Assembly: GCA_050950285.1 (NCBI GenBank)
Contig: JBMNHG010000003.1
Location: 740,337 to 804,336, forward strand
Length of the DNA: 64,000 nt
Direction: 5' to 3'
Source: Kiritimatiellia bacterium
GTDB taxonomy: Bacteria; Verrucomicrobiota; Kiritimatiellia; RFP12; JBMNHG01
Shown: piece after piece, positions 40,583-51,043 of the stretch
Position numbering within the stretch: the first letter of the stretch is position 1
How the letters are laid out: each line of letters starts with the position of its first letter
Position numbers and translations under genes: made by a program
Notes under the pieces: generated by a model
Database searches by the model: none
Told to the model about the DNA's origin: nothing
The model's input: only the letters and a program-made list of their open reading frames with translations

Positions 40583-41471
40583 ATATCGTGGTCAACCGAC
40601 TCCAGACATCGCCCGGCAAGCCCGCCAGGACACGCTTCCCGTGCGCCTCGCCTTCCACCAGCCCGAACACGGACGCCCCGCTGCCGCTCATCAGGACCCC
40701 GAAGGCTCCCGCCGCACGCAACTGCCCCGCAAGCCGTCCCACTTCGGGATGGCTTCGGAAAACGCTCGTTTCCAGACCGTTGAAGAGGCTTGACGCCAGG
40801 GCGCGCAGGTCTCTTCTCCGGAGAGAAGAAACGGCATTATCGCAAATTCCAGCCCTTGCGGTCAAGCACCCATCGCAATTCCGGTACACCTCCGCCGTTG
40901 AAACCGCGACGCCCGGATTGGCCAGGACGATGGGAATCGGGTCGCAGCCTTCGCTTCCCCCCATTCCGTCGAGGGGGGTCACCCGCTCGCCGCGGCCTTC
41001 CATCATCACCGCTCGCCCGGCCACGAGCGCCGGAATGTCGCTTCCCAGTTCGGCCCCGAGGGCCATGCGCTCTTCCTCGGGCAGCCCAAGCCCCCACAGC
41101 CGGTCGAGGCCGTTGATCACCGCCGCGGCGTCGGCACTTCCGCCTCCCAGCCCGCCTCCCAGCGGGATGCGCTTCACGATCCGGATCCCGACCCCCGCAC
41201 GCACCCCCAGGCGGCTCCGCACCCAGTTCGCCGTACGCACCGCGAGGTTCCGCTCCGCCGGACCCATCGCCCCGATCGGCACCCCGTCCGCCTCGACCTC
41301 CAGCGTCACGCCTTCGTCCTCGGGCTGCGGACGCAGTTCCACGCGGTCGGCCAGCGCCAGCGGCGCCACCACGCTCCGGAGGTCGTGGTAGCCGTCGGGG
41401 CGCACGCCCAGAATCTCCAGGGTCAGATTCACCTTGGCCGGCGCGGCCATCCAAAGTCCGTGTTCGTACAT
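40539..41471 (-). CDS. ispE: 4-diphosphocytidyl-2-C-methyl-D-erythritol kinase
   Basis: APAKVNLTLEILGVRPDGYH, KRIPLGGGLGGGSADAA, LGSD, MSGSGASVFG. Confidence 0.95.
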   Translation of the reverse strand: MYEHGLWMAAPAKVNLTLEILGVRPDGYHDLRSVVAPLALADRVELRPQPEDEGVTLEVEADGVPIGAMGPAERNLAVRTANWVRSRLGVRAGVGIRIVKRIPLGGGLGGGSADAAAVINGLDRLWGLGLPEEERMALGAELGSDIPALVAGRAVMMEGRGERVTPLDGMGGSEGCDPIPIVLANPGVAVSTAEVYRNCDGCLTARAGICDNAVSSLRRRDLRALASSLFNGLETSVFRSHPEVGRLAGQLRAAGAFGVLMSGSGASVFGLVEGEAHGKRVLAGLPGDVWSRLTTILPDGVMAAHGPLEA

Positions 41472-41554
41472 GGCGAAATCCGTTTCAACGATGCCGCCAC
41501 TTTGGGCGGCGGCATCGGCCGGATTGATTTCCACGGCGTTTTCCGGGGAAGCGG

Positions 41555-42886
41555 CTAGCTGAAGAGGGCCAGGATGACGCCGCCGGCGACGATCGAGCCG
41601 ATCTGGCCGGCCACGTTGGCGCCCATGGCGTGCATCAGCAGGACGTTCTGCGGGTCGTACTCCAGCGCGACGCGCGTCGAGACGCGCGCCGCCATGGGGA
41701 AGGCCGAGACGCCGGCGGACCCGATCAGCGGGTTGATGGGGTTGCGCGGCGAGAAGAAGTTCATGATCTTTGCGAAGATCACGCCGCCGGCCGTGCCGAG
41801 GGAGAAGGCCAGCAGGCCGATCAGGATGATGCCGAGCGTCGCCGGCTGCAGGAACTTGGAGGCCTCGAGCTGCATGCCGACGCCGAGCCCCAGCAGGATC
41901 GTGGCGATGTTCATGATCTCGTTCTGCATGGCGTTCGAGAGGCGGTCGACCGCGCCGCACTCGCGAATGAAGTTGCCCAGCGCCAGCGAGCCCATCAGCG
42001 GCACGGCGGCGGGCAGGAAGACGATGCAGACCAGCAGGATCAGGAGGGGGAAGAGAATGAGTTCGAGACGCGAGACCGGGCGCTCCTGCTTCATGCGGAT
42101 GAGGCGCTCCTGCCGGGTGGTCAGCAGCCGCATGATGGGCGGCTGGATGAGGGGCACGAGGGCCATGTAGGAGTAGGCGGCGACGGCGATCGAGCCCATC
42201 ATGTCCGGCGCGAAACGCCGCCCGACCACGATCGAGGTGGGGCCGTCGGCGGCGCCGATGATGGCGATGGCGCTGGCCTCCTTGAGGGTGAAGTCGAATC
42301 CGGGAAGGTGGTTGAGCAGGATGACGCCCAGCAGCGTGCCGAAGACGCCGAACTGCGCCGCGGCCCCCAGCAGCACGACGCGCGGGTTCCCCAGCAGCGG
42401 GCTGAAGTCGGACATCGCCCCGATGCCCATGAAGATCAGCAGCGGCAGAAGGTCGTTCTCGATGCCGGCGTTGTAGATCAGCCCCAGCAAGCCATGGTCC
42501 GAGCCCATGCCGGCGAAGGGGGCGTTGACGAGGAGGCAGCCGAAGCCGATGGGCACCAGCAGCAGCGGTTCGAAGTCCTTGGCGACGCCCAGATAGAGCA
42601 GCACCAGGCCCACGACCAGCATGACGGCCGCGCGCCACTGGCCGTTCAGGAAGGCCGCCAGCCCCGTGGTGGCGGCCACCTTCATCGCGCCCTCCTTCAG
42701 CGAGAGCTGCCCGTCCGCCGGCTGTCCGGCGGCGTCGGCGGCTGCTGCCGCTACGGCGGGGGCGGCGGTAGCGGCGGCCTCATCCGCCCTCGTGGTGGTC
42801 CGGGCCCACGCCATGCCGATGACGAAGGTCGCCAGCAACCCCAGGAAAATTCCCAGGCGCATCCGTTTCTTCGCGAGAGGCTTCAT
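41555..42886 (-). CDS. oadB: Na+-translocating decarboxylase beta subunit
   Basis: [51 protein letters not shown]. Confidence 0.92.
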   Translation of the reverse strand: MKPLAKKRMRLGIFLGLLATFVIGMAWARTTTRADEAAATAAPAVAAAAADAAGQPADGQLSLKEGAMKVAATTGLAAFLNGQWRAAVMLVVGLVLLYLGVAKDFEPLLLVPIGFGCLLVNAPFAGMGSDHGLLGLIYNAGIENDLLPLLIFMGIGAMSDFSPLLGNPRVVLLGAAAQFGVFGTLLGVILLNHLPGFDFTLKEASAIAIIGAADGPTSIVVGRRFAPDMMGSIAVAAYSYMALVPLIQPPIMRLLTTRQERLIRMKQERPVSRLELILFPLLILLVCIVFLPAAVPLMGSLALGNFIRECGAVDRLSNAMQNEIMNIATILLGLGVGMQLEASKFLQPATLGIILIGLLAFSLGTAGGVIFAKIMNFFSPRNPINPLIGSAGVSAFPMAARVSTRVALEYDPQNVLLMHAMGANVAGQIGSIVAGGVILALFS

Positions 42887-43161
42887 TTCGACTCGTTCCT
42901 TTCTTGGCAGGTGCAGCGCCGGCGGGCGACGGCGACGGCCACGGCGACGCATGTCTGCGAATCGGCGTCCTCCGCGACGCTCTTCAGCGCGGCGCCGACG
43001 AAGGGCGCTTTGGGCGCGGGGGGAGGTGGGGCGGATGGTTCGGGTGGGGCAAAGCGCGCCGCAAGGCGTCCGCCGAGCGTCATCAGCCCCAGCAGGGCCA
43101 GCAGCACCAGGAAGACGGTGCCCATGCCCAGAATCATCACGATAGTGGCATCTTTGATCAT
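42883..43161 (-). CDS. oadG: Na+-translocating decarboxylase gamma subunit
   Basis: [16 protein letters not shown] helix, Pro/Ala linker, VAVAVAVA; overlaps the oadB start. Confidence 0.8.
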   Translation of the reverse strand: MIKDATIVMILGMGTVFLVLLALLGLMTLGGRLAARFAPPEPSAPPPPAPKAPFVGAALKSVAEDADSQTCVAVAVAVARRRCTCQERNESK

Positions 43162-43488
43162 CAGTTTGCTCCGTTACGCCGACGGCACGGCTGAAGGTCG
43201 CCCGCCAGCCGGCCGCCGGTTTGATGAATCATCCAACATCGCGGGTGCGTTTGTCAAAGAGGATATCCGGCCGTTTTGTTCTGTCGCTGTGCCCCGCTTC
43301 GCAAAAGGGGGTTGACAATTGTCCGCCAGAAACGCACAGTATGACGCAAATGGCAAGATGCCGTTTGGCGCCACGAACCGGTGGATCCCGCATGCGGGCA
43401 TCGAAACGGTCGAGGCGGTCGATTGGGAAAGACGCAGGCGAGGGCCTCCAGGCACTTCGCGGCGTCGTGTGAACAGAAGGACAAAACC

Positions 43489-44169
43489 ATGAAGAAACTG
43501 ATAGCAGCGATCGCAATCATCACCGCGGTGTCCGTGGTGTACCAGGCGAATGCCGGCATCCTTGGCCAACGCTACGTTGGTGCAAACGTCGGGTACGTGT
43601 CGCCAGGGGATAGCTTCATAGAGGAAATCGATGACAGCATCCTCACCTATGGCGTAGAGTTGCGCCTCCCCGTCAGCGCGAACCTCGACATTGTGGCGGC
43701 CGGCGGCCAACGGTTGCTCGAAGGAGACGTTCCGTACAGCTTCTCGGACTACTCGGACTACTCGGACTACGCATACTATTATGAATCCGGCAGTATCGAG
43801 GTCGAGGTGACCTCAACCACCGTCGGCGGACTCCTTCAGTACCAGTTTTACCCCGGCGCACCGATCAACCCGTTTATCGGGGCTGGCGTGATGTGGTCGG
43901 AGTACGAGATTGAAGTGGAAGGAGTATCGGTTGACGACGACGACACCGGCGTCCTCGTCGGCGGCGGCCTGGAGTTCAACCTCAACGACACCATGTCCCT
44001 GATCGGCGGCCTGCACTACCAGACGGAAATGTTCGAAGAGGACGACGTCATTGCCAATGCGGGCTTCAACATCTGGATCATCCCCAATCTGCTGCTCTCC
44101 GTTACCGGAGAATACAGGTTCGAGGCGGAAGACATCGGAGTCGCGGCAGGACTTGGCATCGCATTCTGA
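43489..44169 (+). CDS. Outer-membrane beta-barrel protein
   Basis: Signal peptide, alternating beta strands, NPFIGAGV, terminal Phe (GLGIAF). Confidence 0.88.
   Translation: MKKLIAAIAIITAVSVVYQANAGILGQRYVGANVGYVSPGDSFIEEIDDSILTYGVELRLPVSANLDIVAAGGQRLLEGDVPYSFSDYSDYSDYAYYYESGSIEVEVTSTTVGGLLQYQFYPGAPINPFIGAGVMWSEYEIEVEGVSVDDDDTGVLVGGGLEFNLNDTMSLIGGLHYQTEMFEEDDVIANAGFNIWIIPNLLLSVTGEYRFEAEDIGVAAGLGIAF
43744..43770 (+). repeat. In-frame 9-bp tandem repeat (TCGGACTAC)x3 encoding SDYSDYSDY
   Basis: Read directly from the sequence. Confidence 0.9.
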
Positions 44170-44195
44170 GGCTACTCCATCCGATAACGTTTTAT

Positions 44196-44237
44196 ACAGG
44201 CCGCGCAGCAGGGATGTTGCGCGGCCTGTTGTCTTTT
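44196..44237 (+). terminator. Intrinsic terminator of the OMP gene
   Basis: ACAGGCCGCGCAGCA-GGGA-TGTTGCGCGGCCTGT followed by TGTCTTTT. Confidence 0.8.
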
Positions 44238-44305
44238 GAAAGGGCAAGAGACTCGGGACATGAGACGTGTGACACTTCTTGTCCCGCGTCCCTTGTCTCG
44301 CGTCC
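44238..44305. repeat. Heptamer (GRGACNN) imperfect palindromic element, copy 1
   Basis: AGGGCAA GAGACTC GGGACAT GAGACGT GTGACAC ... TTGTCCC GCGTCCC TTGTCTC GCGTCC, abutting the stop codon of gene A. Confidence 0.8.
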
Positions 44306-47300
44306 TACGGCTGGGTGGTGCTGGCCACCACCTTGAAGAAGCGGGCGGGGGCGGTGGCGTCGAGGTTGGTAAAGGTGAGATCGCCGTCGTTTTCGGCGCG
44401 GAGGCTCTCCACCAACTCCCAGTCGCCGCCGAGCGCGGTCGTCGCGTAGAGGGTGTAATAGACGCCGCTTTGGGCGTTGGTGATCCTGATGGAAAACGAG
44501 GCGCCGTCGAAGGCGAAGCCCGTGCCGTCCGTGGCGAAGACGGGCGCGTCGATGCCGCCGTCCGCCGTGATTGCGGTGCCGTTCACGGAGGCGGTGTAGT
44601 CCCTGCCGCCCGCCGTGAAGGCGTGGTTGCCGTCCGGTAGCCAGAGGTAGATCCTGCCGGTTTCATCGGCGAAGAGGTCGTTAACGCCGAAATAGGCCGG
44701 GAGGCTCGCGGCGGGCAGGGTGATTTCGACGGGCGCGTTGGGCGCAAGCCCCGGCACCGTCACGCACCAGACGCGCTCCGTGCCGTTGCGGGGCGCGGGG
44801 CCGATCATGTCGTTCACGAGATGGATCGAGCCGCCGGTGAAGATGTTGGTGCCCAGACTCGAAAAGTAGTTGAGCATGATCAGGATCATTTGATCCGTTT
44901 CATCGTCCTCATTGAATTGGTAATCGTCATAGTGGCCCCGCCCCGCACCAATATCCTGCGACTGCAGGGAGCCCTGCGCGACGACGGTGCCGCCGGAAAT
45001 CCCGACGCTGCCACCCGAGCAGAAGAAGCCTGCGCCGCCGCCGATGCCCGCGCCGCCGCTGCTGCCTGTCGCCGTCACCTGGCCGCCGGAAATGTCGACC
45101 CGGCCCGCCGGGCAGTAGTAGCCCGAGCCGCTGCCGATGCCCGCGCCGCCGCCGGTGCCCGTCGCCGTGACCGTGCCGCCGGAGATCGTGACGGTGTCGT
45201 CTGCGCAGGTGTAGCCCCCGCCGCCGCCGATGCCGGCGCCGCCGGAAGCACCGCCCGTCGCCGTGACGGTGCCGCCGGAAATCTCGACCGGGGTCAAGGT
45301 GCCTGAGTATCCGCAGCCGACGCCGGCGCCTCCCTGGCCGCCGGTGGCCGTGATCTGCCCGCCGATGATCGCCACCGTGTCGTTGCTTCCGAAATCGTCG
45401 CCATGGGCGCCGCTGCCGATGCCGGCGCCGCCGCCCAGGTTCATTTCCGGGGCGCCGCGGCCGGTTGCCGTGACGACGCCATTGGTGATCGTGATTTGGC
45501 CGGCGGTGCCCATGTAGCCGCCGCCAATGCCCGCGCCGCCGCCGCCGCCCGTCGCGGTCACGTTTCCGTCGACGATTGTGATCGTGCCGCCCGAGCCGCC
45601 GTAGTAGTAGCCGCCGCCGATGCCCGCGCCGCCATCGGCGCTTGTCGCCGTCACAGTGCCGCCGGAAATCGTCGTCATGCCGCCGGAACCGCCCGCGCCG
45701 CCGCCGATGCCCGCGCCGGAGCGGCTCGTGGCCGTGACGGTGCCACCGGCGATGACGACGGTACCGCCGTCATCGCCGTCATGCCCGCCGCCGATGCCGG
45801 CGCCGCCGGCGGTGCTCGTGGCCGTGACCGTGCCGCCGGCGATGGTCACCGTGCCGCCCGAGCCGTCCGATCCGCCGCCGATGGCCGCGCCGCTGGTGCC
45901 GGCCGTGGCGAGCACCCGGCCGCCGGAGATGGCGATGGTGCCGGCATCGTAATATCGGTCGCCGCCGATGCCGGCGCCGCCGCTGCCCCCTGTGACGACG
46001 AGCGTTGCCGCCTCGTCGCCGGGGGCGTTGGTGATGGAGAGCGTCCGTCCCGCGTTCACGCCCATGCCCGCGCGTCCGGAACCGGACCAGAGGGCGTTCG
46101 TGCCTTTGAGGACGAGCGCCATGTTGGCATTCGACTCCAACAGGAACGCATAGCGATTGTATCCTCCCGCGCCGAGCGTCAGGTTGGAGAGGACCACCGT
46201 GTTCACCGCATTGGCGACGCCGACCAGACGGACGTTGCCGGATGCGTTGGCGCCTGAGATGGTGAACGGGCCGGGGCCGGAGAGCCTGATGTTTCCGCTG
46301 GAATTGCTCCAGCCGGCCGTGGCGGAATTCGTTGGGCCGAACGCGGCGTCTTCGCCATTGACCGTCACGCCGGAGGAGCCCCTGCCTCCCCGGATCTCCA
46401 CGGTGTTGGTGCATCCGTTGGCCACGAGCGCATAGGTTTTGTCGCTGGCGTTCGGGAACCAGAGGTAGATGCAACCGGCCTCGTCGGCGACAATGTCGTT
46501 CGTCCCGTAGGTGTCCGGGAGCCCCGAATCGGTGTCGGGGAAGACGACGGGGGCGCCCGGTTCGAAGCCGGGCCAGACCACGCAGGCGACTGTTGCCGTG
46601 TTGTTTTTGGGAGTGGGGCTGACATACGAGGATATGGGGCGGATGGAGCCGCCGGTAAATATGGGGATGTAGGAGGGATTTGCGTAGTTGCGTCCCCGTC
46701 CGATGTCCCAGGAGCCGCTGCCCCCTGCCGCCAGCACGGTGCCGCCGGTGATGGTTAGCGGGTCGCACGGGCTGTAGCAGCCGCCGCCGATGCCGGCGCC
46801 GCCGTTGTAGCCGCCGGTGGCGGTGACGTGTCCGCCGTAGATGTACATGTTTCCGCCGTACGAGCCCAGCCTATTGCTCTCTCCGGCGCCGCCGCCGATG
46901 CCCGGGCCGCCGTTGTCGCCGCCGGTGGCCGTCACCGTGCCGCCCCAAATCGCCACCAGGCCCACGGCGCGGCGGTAGCCGCTGCCGATGCCCGCGCTGT
47001 AGCCGCTGCCTGTCGCGTCCAGCGTGCCGCCGTAGATGTACACGGTGCCGCCTCGTCCGCCGTTGGATTCCGCTCTGTTGTCGGTGCCGGCGCCGCCGAC
47101 GCCTGCCGCGTCACTGTAGCCCCTTGCCGTGACGGTGCCGCCGAAGAATCTCATGATGCCGGCATTCTGGCGGTGGGCCGAGCCGATGCCGGCGCCGTAG
47201 GCACCGCCCAGCGCGGTGAGCGCCGCCGCGTCGTCGCCGGGGGCGTTGGTGATCGAGAGCCGTGCAGAGATCGCGACTTCGAGCCCCGCGCGGTACGATC

Positions 47301-48990
47301 CGGATTCGAGCCGGTTCGTCCCCTCGAGGAAGATCGTGGCGACGGCGTACGACTGCATTGCACAGGCGCTGCTGTGCCGCCATTGTGAATCGAGCGTCAG
47401 GTTCGAGAGCGTGACCGTGTTGGTGGTGTATCCGGGCATGAAGACGCACACGCCGCCGACTTCATTCGAGCCGGAAAGGGTGACGGGATTCGTGCCCAGA
47501 AGCGTGAGCGTGTGGGTCTCGGCATCGAACGTCCAGCCGTCGCTCTCGGGATCCGCCGGCCCGAAGGCGACTTCCCTGCCGTTGGCGGTCACGCCCGTGA
47601 GGACGGCACCGTCCTGGATCTCCACGGTGTAGGGATCCCGGCTCGCCATGAAGTCGTGCCTGCCGTCCGGCAGCCACAGGTAGATGCCGCCGAGCTCGTC
47701 GGCGACGATGTCGTTGACGCCGTACCCGGGCAGATCCGTGATCTCGACCTTGTAATTCATCGGGAAGCCCGCCAGGCCCACGCAACTGACCCGTTCCATG
47801 CCGTTGGAGGGCACGGCCGCCGCGTAGCCGCCGCGGATGCGGATGGAGCCGCCGGTGAAGAGGCTGGTGCCGGAGATGGCCGGCGCGTCGCCGGTCTCGC
47901 CTTCCCCGACGTTGCCGAGACCGCCGCCGACGCCCGGAGCGCCGCCTGCGCCGCCGGTCGCGAAGACCGTGCCGCCGGAGACGGCGAGTGTTGCGCCGTC
48001 GCCGCCGTCGACCTGCTGGCCGGTGCCGCCGCCGATGCCGGCGGCGCAGAGGCCGCCGATCGCCGTGACCCGTCCGCCGGAAATGGCCACCGTGCCGCCC
48101 GAACCGGCGATACCGTCGGGATTCCCGTCGTTGTTGCCGCCGCCGATGCCGGCGCCGTATTTGCCGCCGAAGGCGAAGACCTGACCGCCGGAGACGGTTA
48201 CGCCGCCGCCCGCGTCGCCGTCGCCGCCGCCGATGCCGGCGGCGAAATCACCGCCGCTGGCAGTCACGGTGCCGCCCGAGATTTCCACTGTGCCGCCGTC
48301 GGCGCCGGTTGACCAGCCGGCATAGCCGCCTGTGCCGATGCCTGCGCCGCCGACGCCGCCGATGGCCGTCACCGTGCCGTTGCTGATCGTCACGGCGCCG
48401 CCACCACCGCCCGCGCCGCCGCCGATGCCGGCGGCGAAGTACTCGCCTCCCATGGCCGTCACATTGCCGCCGCAAATCGTGATTGCGCCGCCCGCGCTTT
48501 CATTGCCGCCGCCGATGCCGGCGCCTTCATAGCCGCCCGTGGCCGTCAGTGCGCCGTCGTCGGCGGCGGGCGCGTTGGCGATGGCGAGCGAAGCCTCCGA
48601 CGGCACTTCAAGGCCTGCGCGGTTCCCGCCCGAGGCGAGCGCGTTTTCTCCCGCCAGGAAGAGCGAGACGTCGGCGTTCGGCTCCAGCGCGAAGGCGCAC
48701 TGGTCGCCATTGGTCGCCACGAGCGTCAGGTTCGTGAGCGTGATTGTGTTGACGGTGTCCGCCGGAACGACGATGCGCACTGCGCCTTCCTCGTTCATGC
48801 CGCAAAGCGTGAAGGGGCCCGCGCCGCAGAGCACGAGGTTCGATGTGGCCGGCTCGTATGCCCAGCCGGTGCCGGACGAACCGTCGGAATCGAGCATGAC
48901 ATTGTTGACCGTCACACCGAGAGGGGCGGCGGTGGCGGCGGTCGCAAACAGGCTCGCAAAGGCGAGCGCCAGAATGTTTTTTGCATTCAT
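44305..48990 (-). CDS. Gly-rich GAGIGGG-repeat modular surface protein A (3 modules, probable beta-solenoid)
   Basis: Signal peptide MNAKNILALAF; repeated TISGGTVTATGG..GAGIGGG; C-terminal ...PARFFKVVASTTQP. Confidence 0.9.
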   Translation of the reverse strand: MNAKNILALAFASLFATAATAAPLGVTVNNVMLDSDGSSGTGWAYEPATSNLVLCGAGPFTLCGMNEEGAVRIVVPADTVNTITLTNLTLVATNGDQCAFALEPNADVSLFLAGENALASGGNRAGLEVPSEASLAIANAPAADDGALTATGGYEGAGIGGGNESAGGAITICGGNVTAMGGEYFAAGIGGGAGGGGGAVTISNGTVTAIGGVGGAGIGTGGYAGWSTGADGGTVEISGGTVTASGGDFAAGIGGGDGDAGGGVTVSGGQVFAFGGKYGAGIGGGNNDGNPDGIAGSGGTVAISGGRVTAIGGLCAAGIGGGTGQQVDGGDGATLAVSGGTVFATGGAGGAPGVGGGLGNVGEGETGDAPAISGTSLFTGGSIRIRGGYAAAVPSNGMERVSCVGLAGFPMNYKVEITDLPGYGVNDIVADELGGIYLWLPDGRHDFMASRDPYTVEIQDGAVLTGVTANGREVAFGPADPESDGWTFDAETHTLTLLGTNPVTLSGSNEVGGVCVFMPGYTTNTVTLSNLTLDSQWRHSSACAMQSYAVATIFLEGTNRLESGSYRAGLEVAISARLSITNAPGDDAAALTALGGAYGAGIGSAHRQNAGIMRFFGGTVTARGYSDAAGVGGAGTDNRAESNGGRGGTVYIYGGTLDATGSGYSAGIGSGYRRAVGLVAIWGGTVTATGGDNGGPGIGGGAGESNRLGSYGGNMYIYGGHVTATGGYNGGAGIGGGCYSPCDPLTITGGTVLAAGGSGSWDIGRGRNYANPSYIPIFTGGSIRPISSYVSPTPKNNTATVACVVWPGFEPGAPVVFPDTDSGLPDTYGTNDIVADEAGCIYLWFPNASDKTYALVANGCTNTVEIRGGRGSSGVTVNGEDAAFGPTNSATAGWSNSSGNIRLSGPGPFTISGANASGNVRLVGVANAVNTVVLSNLTLGAGGYNRYAFLLESNANMALVLKGTNALWSGSGRAGMGVNAGRTLSITNAPGDEAATLVVTGGSGGAGIGGDRYYDAGTIAISGGRVLATAGTSGAAIGGGSDGSGGTVTIAGGTVTATSTAGGAGIGGGHDGDDGGTVVIAGGTVTATSRSGAGIGGGAGGSGGMTTISGGTVTATSADGGAGIGGGYYYGGSGGTITIVDGNVTATGGGGGAGIGGGYMGTAGQITITNGVVTATGRGAPEMNLGGGAGIGSGAHGDDFGSNDTVAIIGGQITATGGQGGAGVGCGYSGTLTPVEISGGTVTATGGASGGAGIGGGGGYTCADDTVTISGGTVTATGTGGGAGIGSGSGYYCPAGRVDISGGQVTATGSSGGAGIGGGAGFFCSGGSVGISGGTVVAQGSLQSQDIGAGRGHYDDYQFNEDDETDQMILIMLNYFSSLGTNIFTGGSIHLVNDMIGPAPRNGTERVWCVTVPGLAPNAPVEITLPAASLPAYFGVNDLFADETGRIYLWLPDGNHAFTAGGRDYTASVNGTAITADGGIDAPVFATDGTGFAFDGASFSIRITNAQSGVYYTLYATTALGGDWELVESLRAENDGDLTFTNLDATAPARFFKVVASTTQP

Positions 48991-49030
48991 GGTGGTGTTC
49001 CTTTCAGTTGAGGACAAGAGACGCGAGACG

Positions 49031-50991
49031 AGGTGTGATTCAAAATAGCTGATAGTGTAGCGGCAATCTGGCGGGAGTGTTTCGTCCGGCCGAAAAAAAG
49101 CGCGTGGTTTTGTTGGTTTTGCACTTGCTTTCCCCGAAACGATGCGCCAATATTGGTGTACTCAAATACGAGTACACTAATCAAGCCGAGGAAAACCATG
49201 GACATGGACAGGAAAACAGGGCAAATCGACAGGGACGCGGACGGGATCGAACGGGAGATGGACGGGATCGCCAGGGAGATACTGGCGCTCGGGCCCTGCC
49301 TCGAGGGCAGCTTGAAGGAGAACCCGAAGACGAGGTACGTGAAGAAGGACGGGACCGTCTCCGAGTATCCGACCTCGCCCATCCTGCAATACAACGACGG
49401 GACGGGGAAACGCAGGTACTGCCGCATCCCGCGCGACAAGGTCGGGGAAGTCCGGCGCCTGCTGGAGAACGGGCGCAAGTACCGGGAGCTGGCGTCCCGC
49501 TACGAGAAGCTCGGCGCCCGCCTTGCGCTGCGCTTCAAAAAAAAAGCCTGATCCCCTCGCTTCCCGAGGTCGCCTTCGCGAATCTGGGAGAGGTTTTGCG
49601 GGGGCTCCGGCGAGCCGATGCCGGATGCGGCCCCGGCGAAACCCCTCCCTGTCTCGACCGGCTCGACGAGCGGCTTGCCCGGGCCGCCGCCAAGGACCTT
49701 GCCGCGCTGCTCTCCCTCGTCCTCTGCGCCGTCGGGAAGGCCGCGCCCCACGGCGCGCCCGACGGCTGGCGCGAGACCGGGGCGGACACGCTTTTCGGGC
49801 ACGTGCGCTTCACGTGCGCCTACTACGGCCCCGCGCCGGAACGGATGACAAGGCAGGCCCGGCGGGCCCGGGAGCGGGCGGCGGCCAAAGGCAGGCGGCA
49901 GGCCAAGAACGGGAAGTTCCCCCGCAAGGGGGACGCGGCGTCGGCCTTCCCGCTCAAGGAGGCGCTCGGGCTGCGCGACGGCATGACGCCGGCGCTCGCC
50001 GGCCGCCTCCAGCGCGCGGCCGTGGCCGCGGGATCCTTCGCAGAGGGGGCGGACCTGCTCGCGCTGCTCTCGGGCGTGCGCATGTCCGGGTCCACCTTCC
50101 GGCGCCGGGCGCTCGCCGCGGGCGCCCGTGCGCTGGAGGCGCAGAAGAACCCCGCCGCGTGGATCCCCGAACCGCTCCTGCCCGCCTGGCTGCTGGCGGC
50201 GACCGCGCCGGTCGCGCCCACGCTCTACATCATGCTCGACGGCACCGGCGTGCCGTGCGTCAAAAAAGACGTGAGGGGCGTCAAGGGCAAGGGCGGGGAC
50301 GGGAAGGCCAGGACCCGGGAGGTCAAGGTCGGCGTCGTGGGCACCTACAGGCGGATCGACCGCAAGGGCAGGCCGGTCCGCGACCCCGGCTGCGAGTCGC
50401 ACGTCGTCTCGCCGGAGACCGCCGCGGAGTTCGGCTCGCTGCTCAGGCGCCTCGCGTTCAGCCGCGGACTCGGCTCCGGGCGCTTCAGGATACAGGTCGT
50501 CGGAGACGGCGCCGACTGGATCGCCAGCATCGTCCGCGACGCCTTCCCCGGGGCGGACGTCGTCTTCACCTGCGACTTCTACCACGCCTGCGAGCACCTG
50601 CGGGCCTTCCTCGGGCTCGCGCTCCCGCAGGAGGACGTGAAGAAAGCCTTCGGCACCGCGCGCGCCGTCCTGCGCCGCCACGGCGGCGCGTCGCTGGTCA
50701 AGCACCTGCGCAAGCGACACGGAGCCCTGCCGCCGGACCACCCCGCCTGGAAGGAGCTGGAATACTTCGAGAAGCGCAAGGACAACATGCGCTACGGCGA
50801 GTACCGCAAACAGGGGCTCTACATCGGCTCGGGCGTCGTCGAAGCGGCGTGCCGAACCGACGTCGCGAGGCGATGCAAGCAGTCGGGCATGCACTGGCGC
50901 TTCCACAACGCCGCCGCCATCTGCGCCCTCACCGCCCGCTTCCGCTCCCACCTCCCTGCCGCCTAACCATCAACTATTTTGAATCACACCC
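49031..50991 (+). mobile_element. ISKra4-family insertion sequence
   Basis: Terminal inverted repeats (A/G)GGTGTGATTCAAAATAG(C/T)TGAT; 9-bp target duplication CGCGAGACG at 49022-49030 and 50992-51000. Confidence 0.9.
49198..50966 (+). CDS. ISKra4-type DDE transposase, orfA (49198-49551) joined to orfB by a probable -1 frameshift
   Basis: Motifs MLDGTGVP, VVGDGADWI, DFYHACEHL, IGSGVVEAAC; A9G run at 49537-49546 where orfA overlaps the -1 frame. Confidence 0.85.
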
Positions 50992-51043
50992 CGCGAGACG
51001 AGAGACAAGAAAGGGGTCTTGCGTCTCATGTCTCTTGTCCTTT
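50992..51043. repeat. Heptamer palindromic element, copy 2 (left arm 49011-49030, split by the IS)
   Basis: Rejoined sequence AGGACAAGAGACGCGAGACGAGAGAC-loop-GTCTTGCGTCTCATGTCTCTTGTCCT is a 26-bp imperfect inverted repeat. Confidence 0.85.

Noticed and set aside
43312..43345. Sigma70 promoter for the OMP gene (TTGACA at 43312)
   Set aside because: No convincing -10 hexamer at 16-18 bp spacing.
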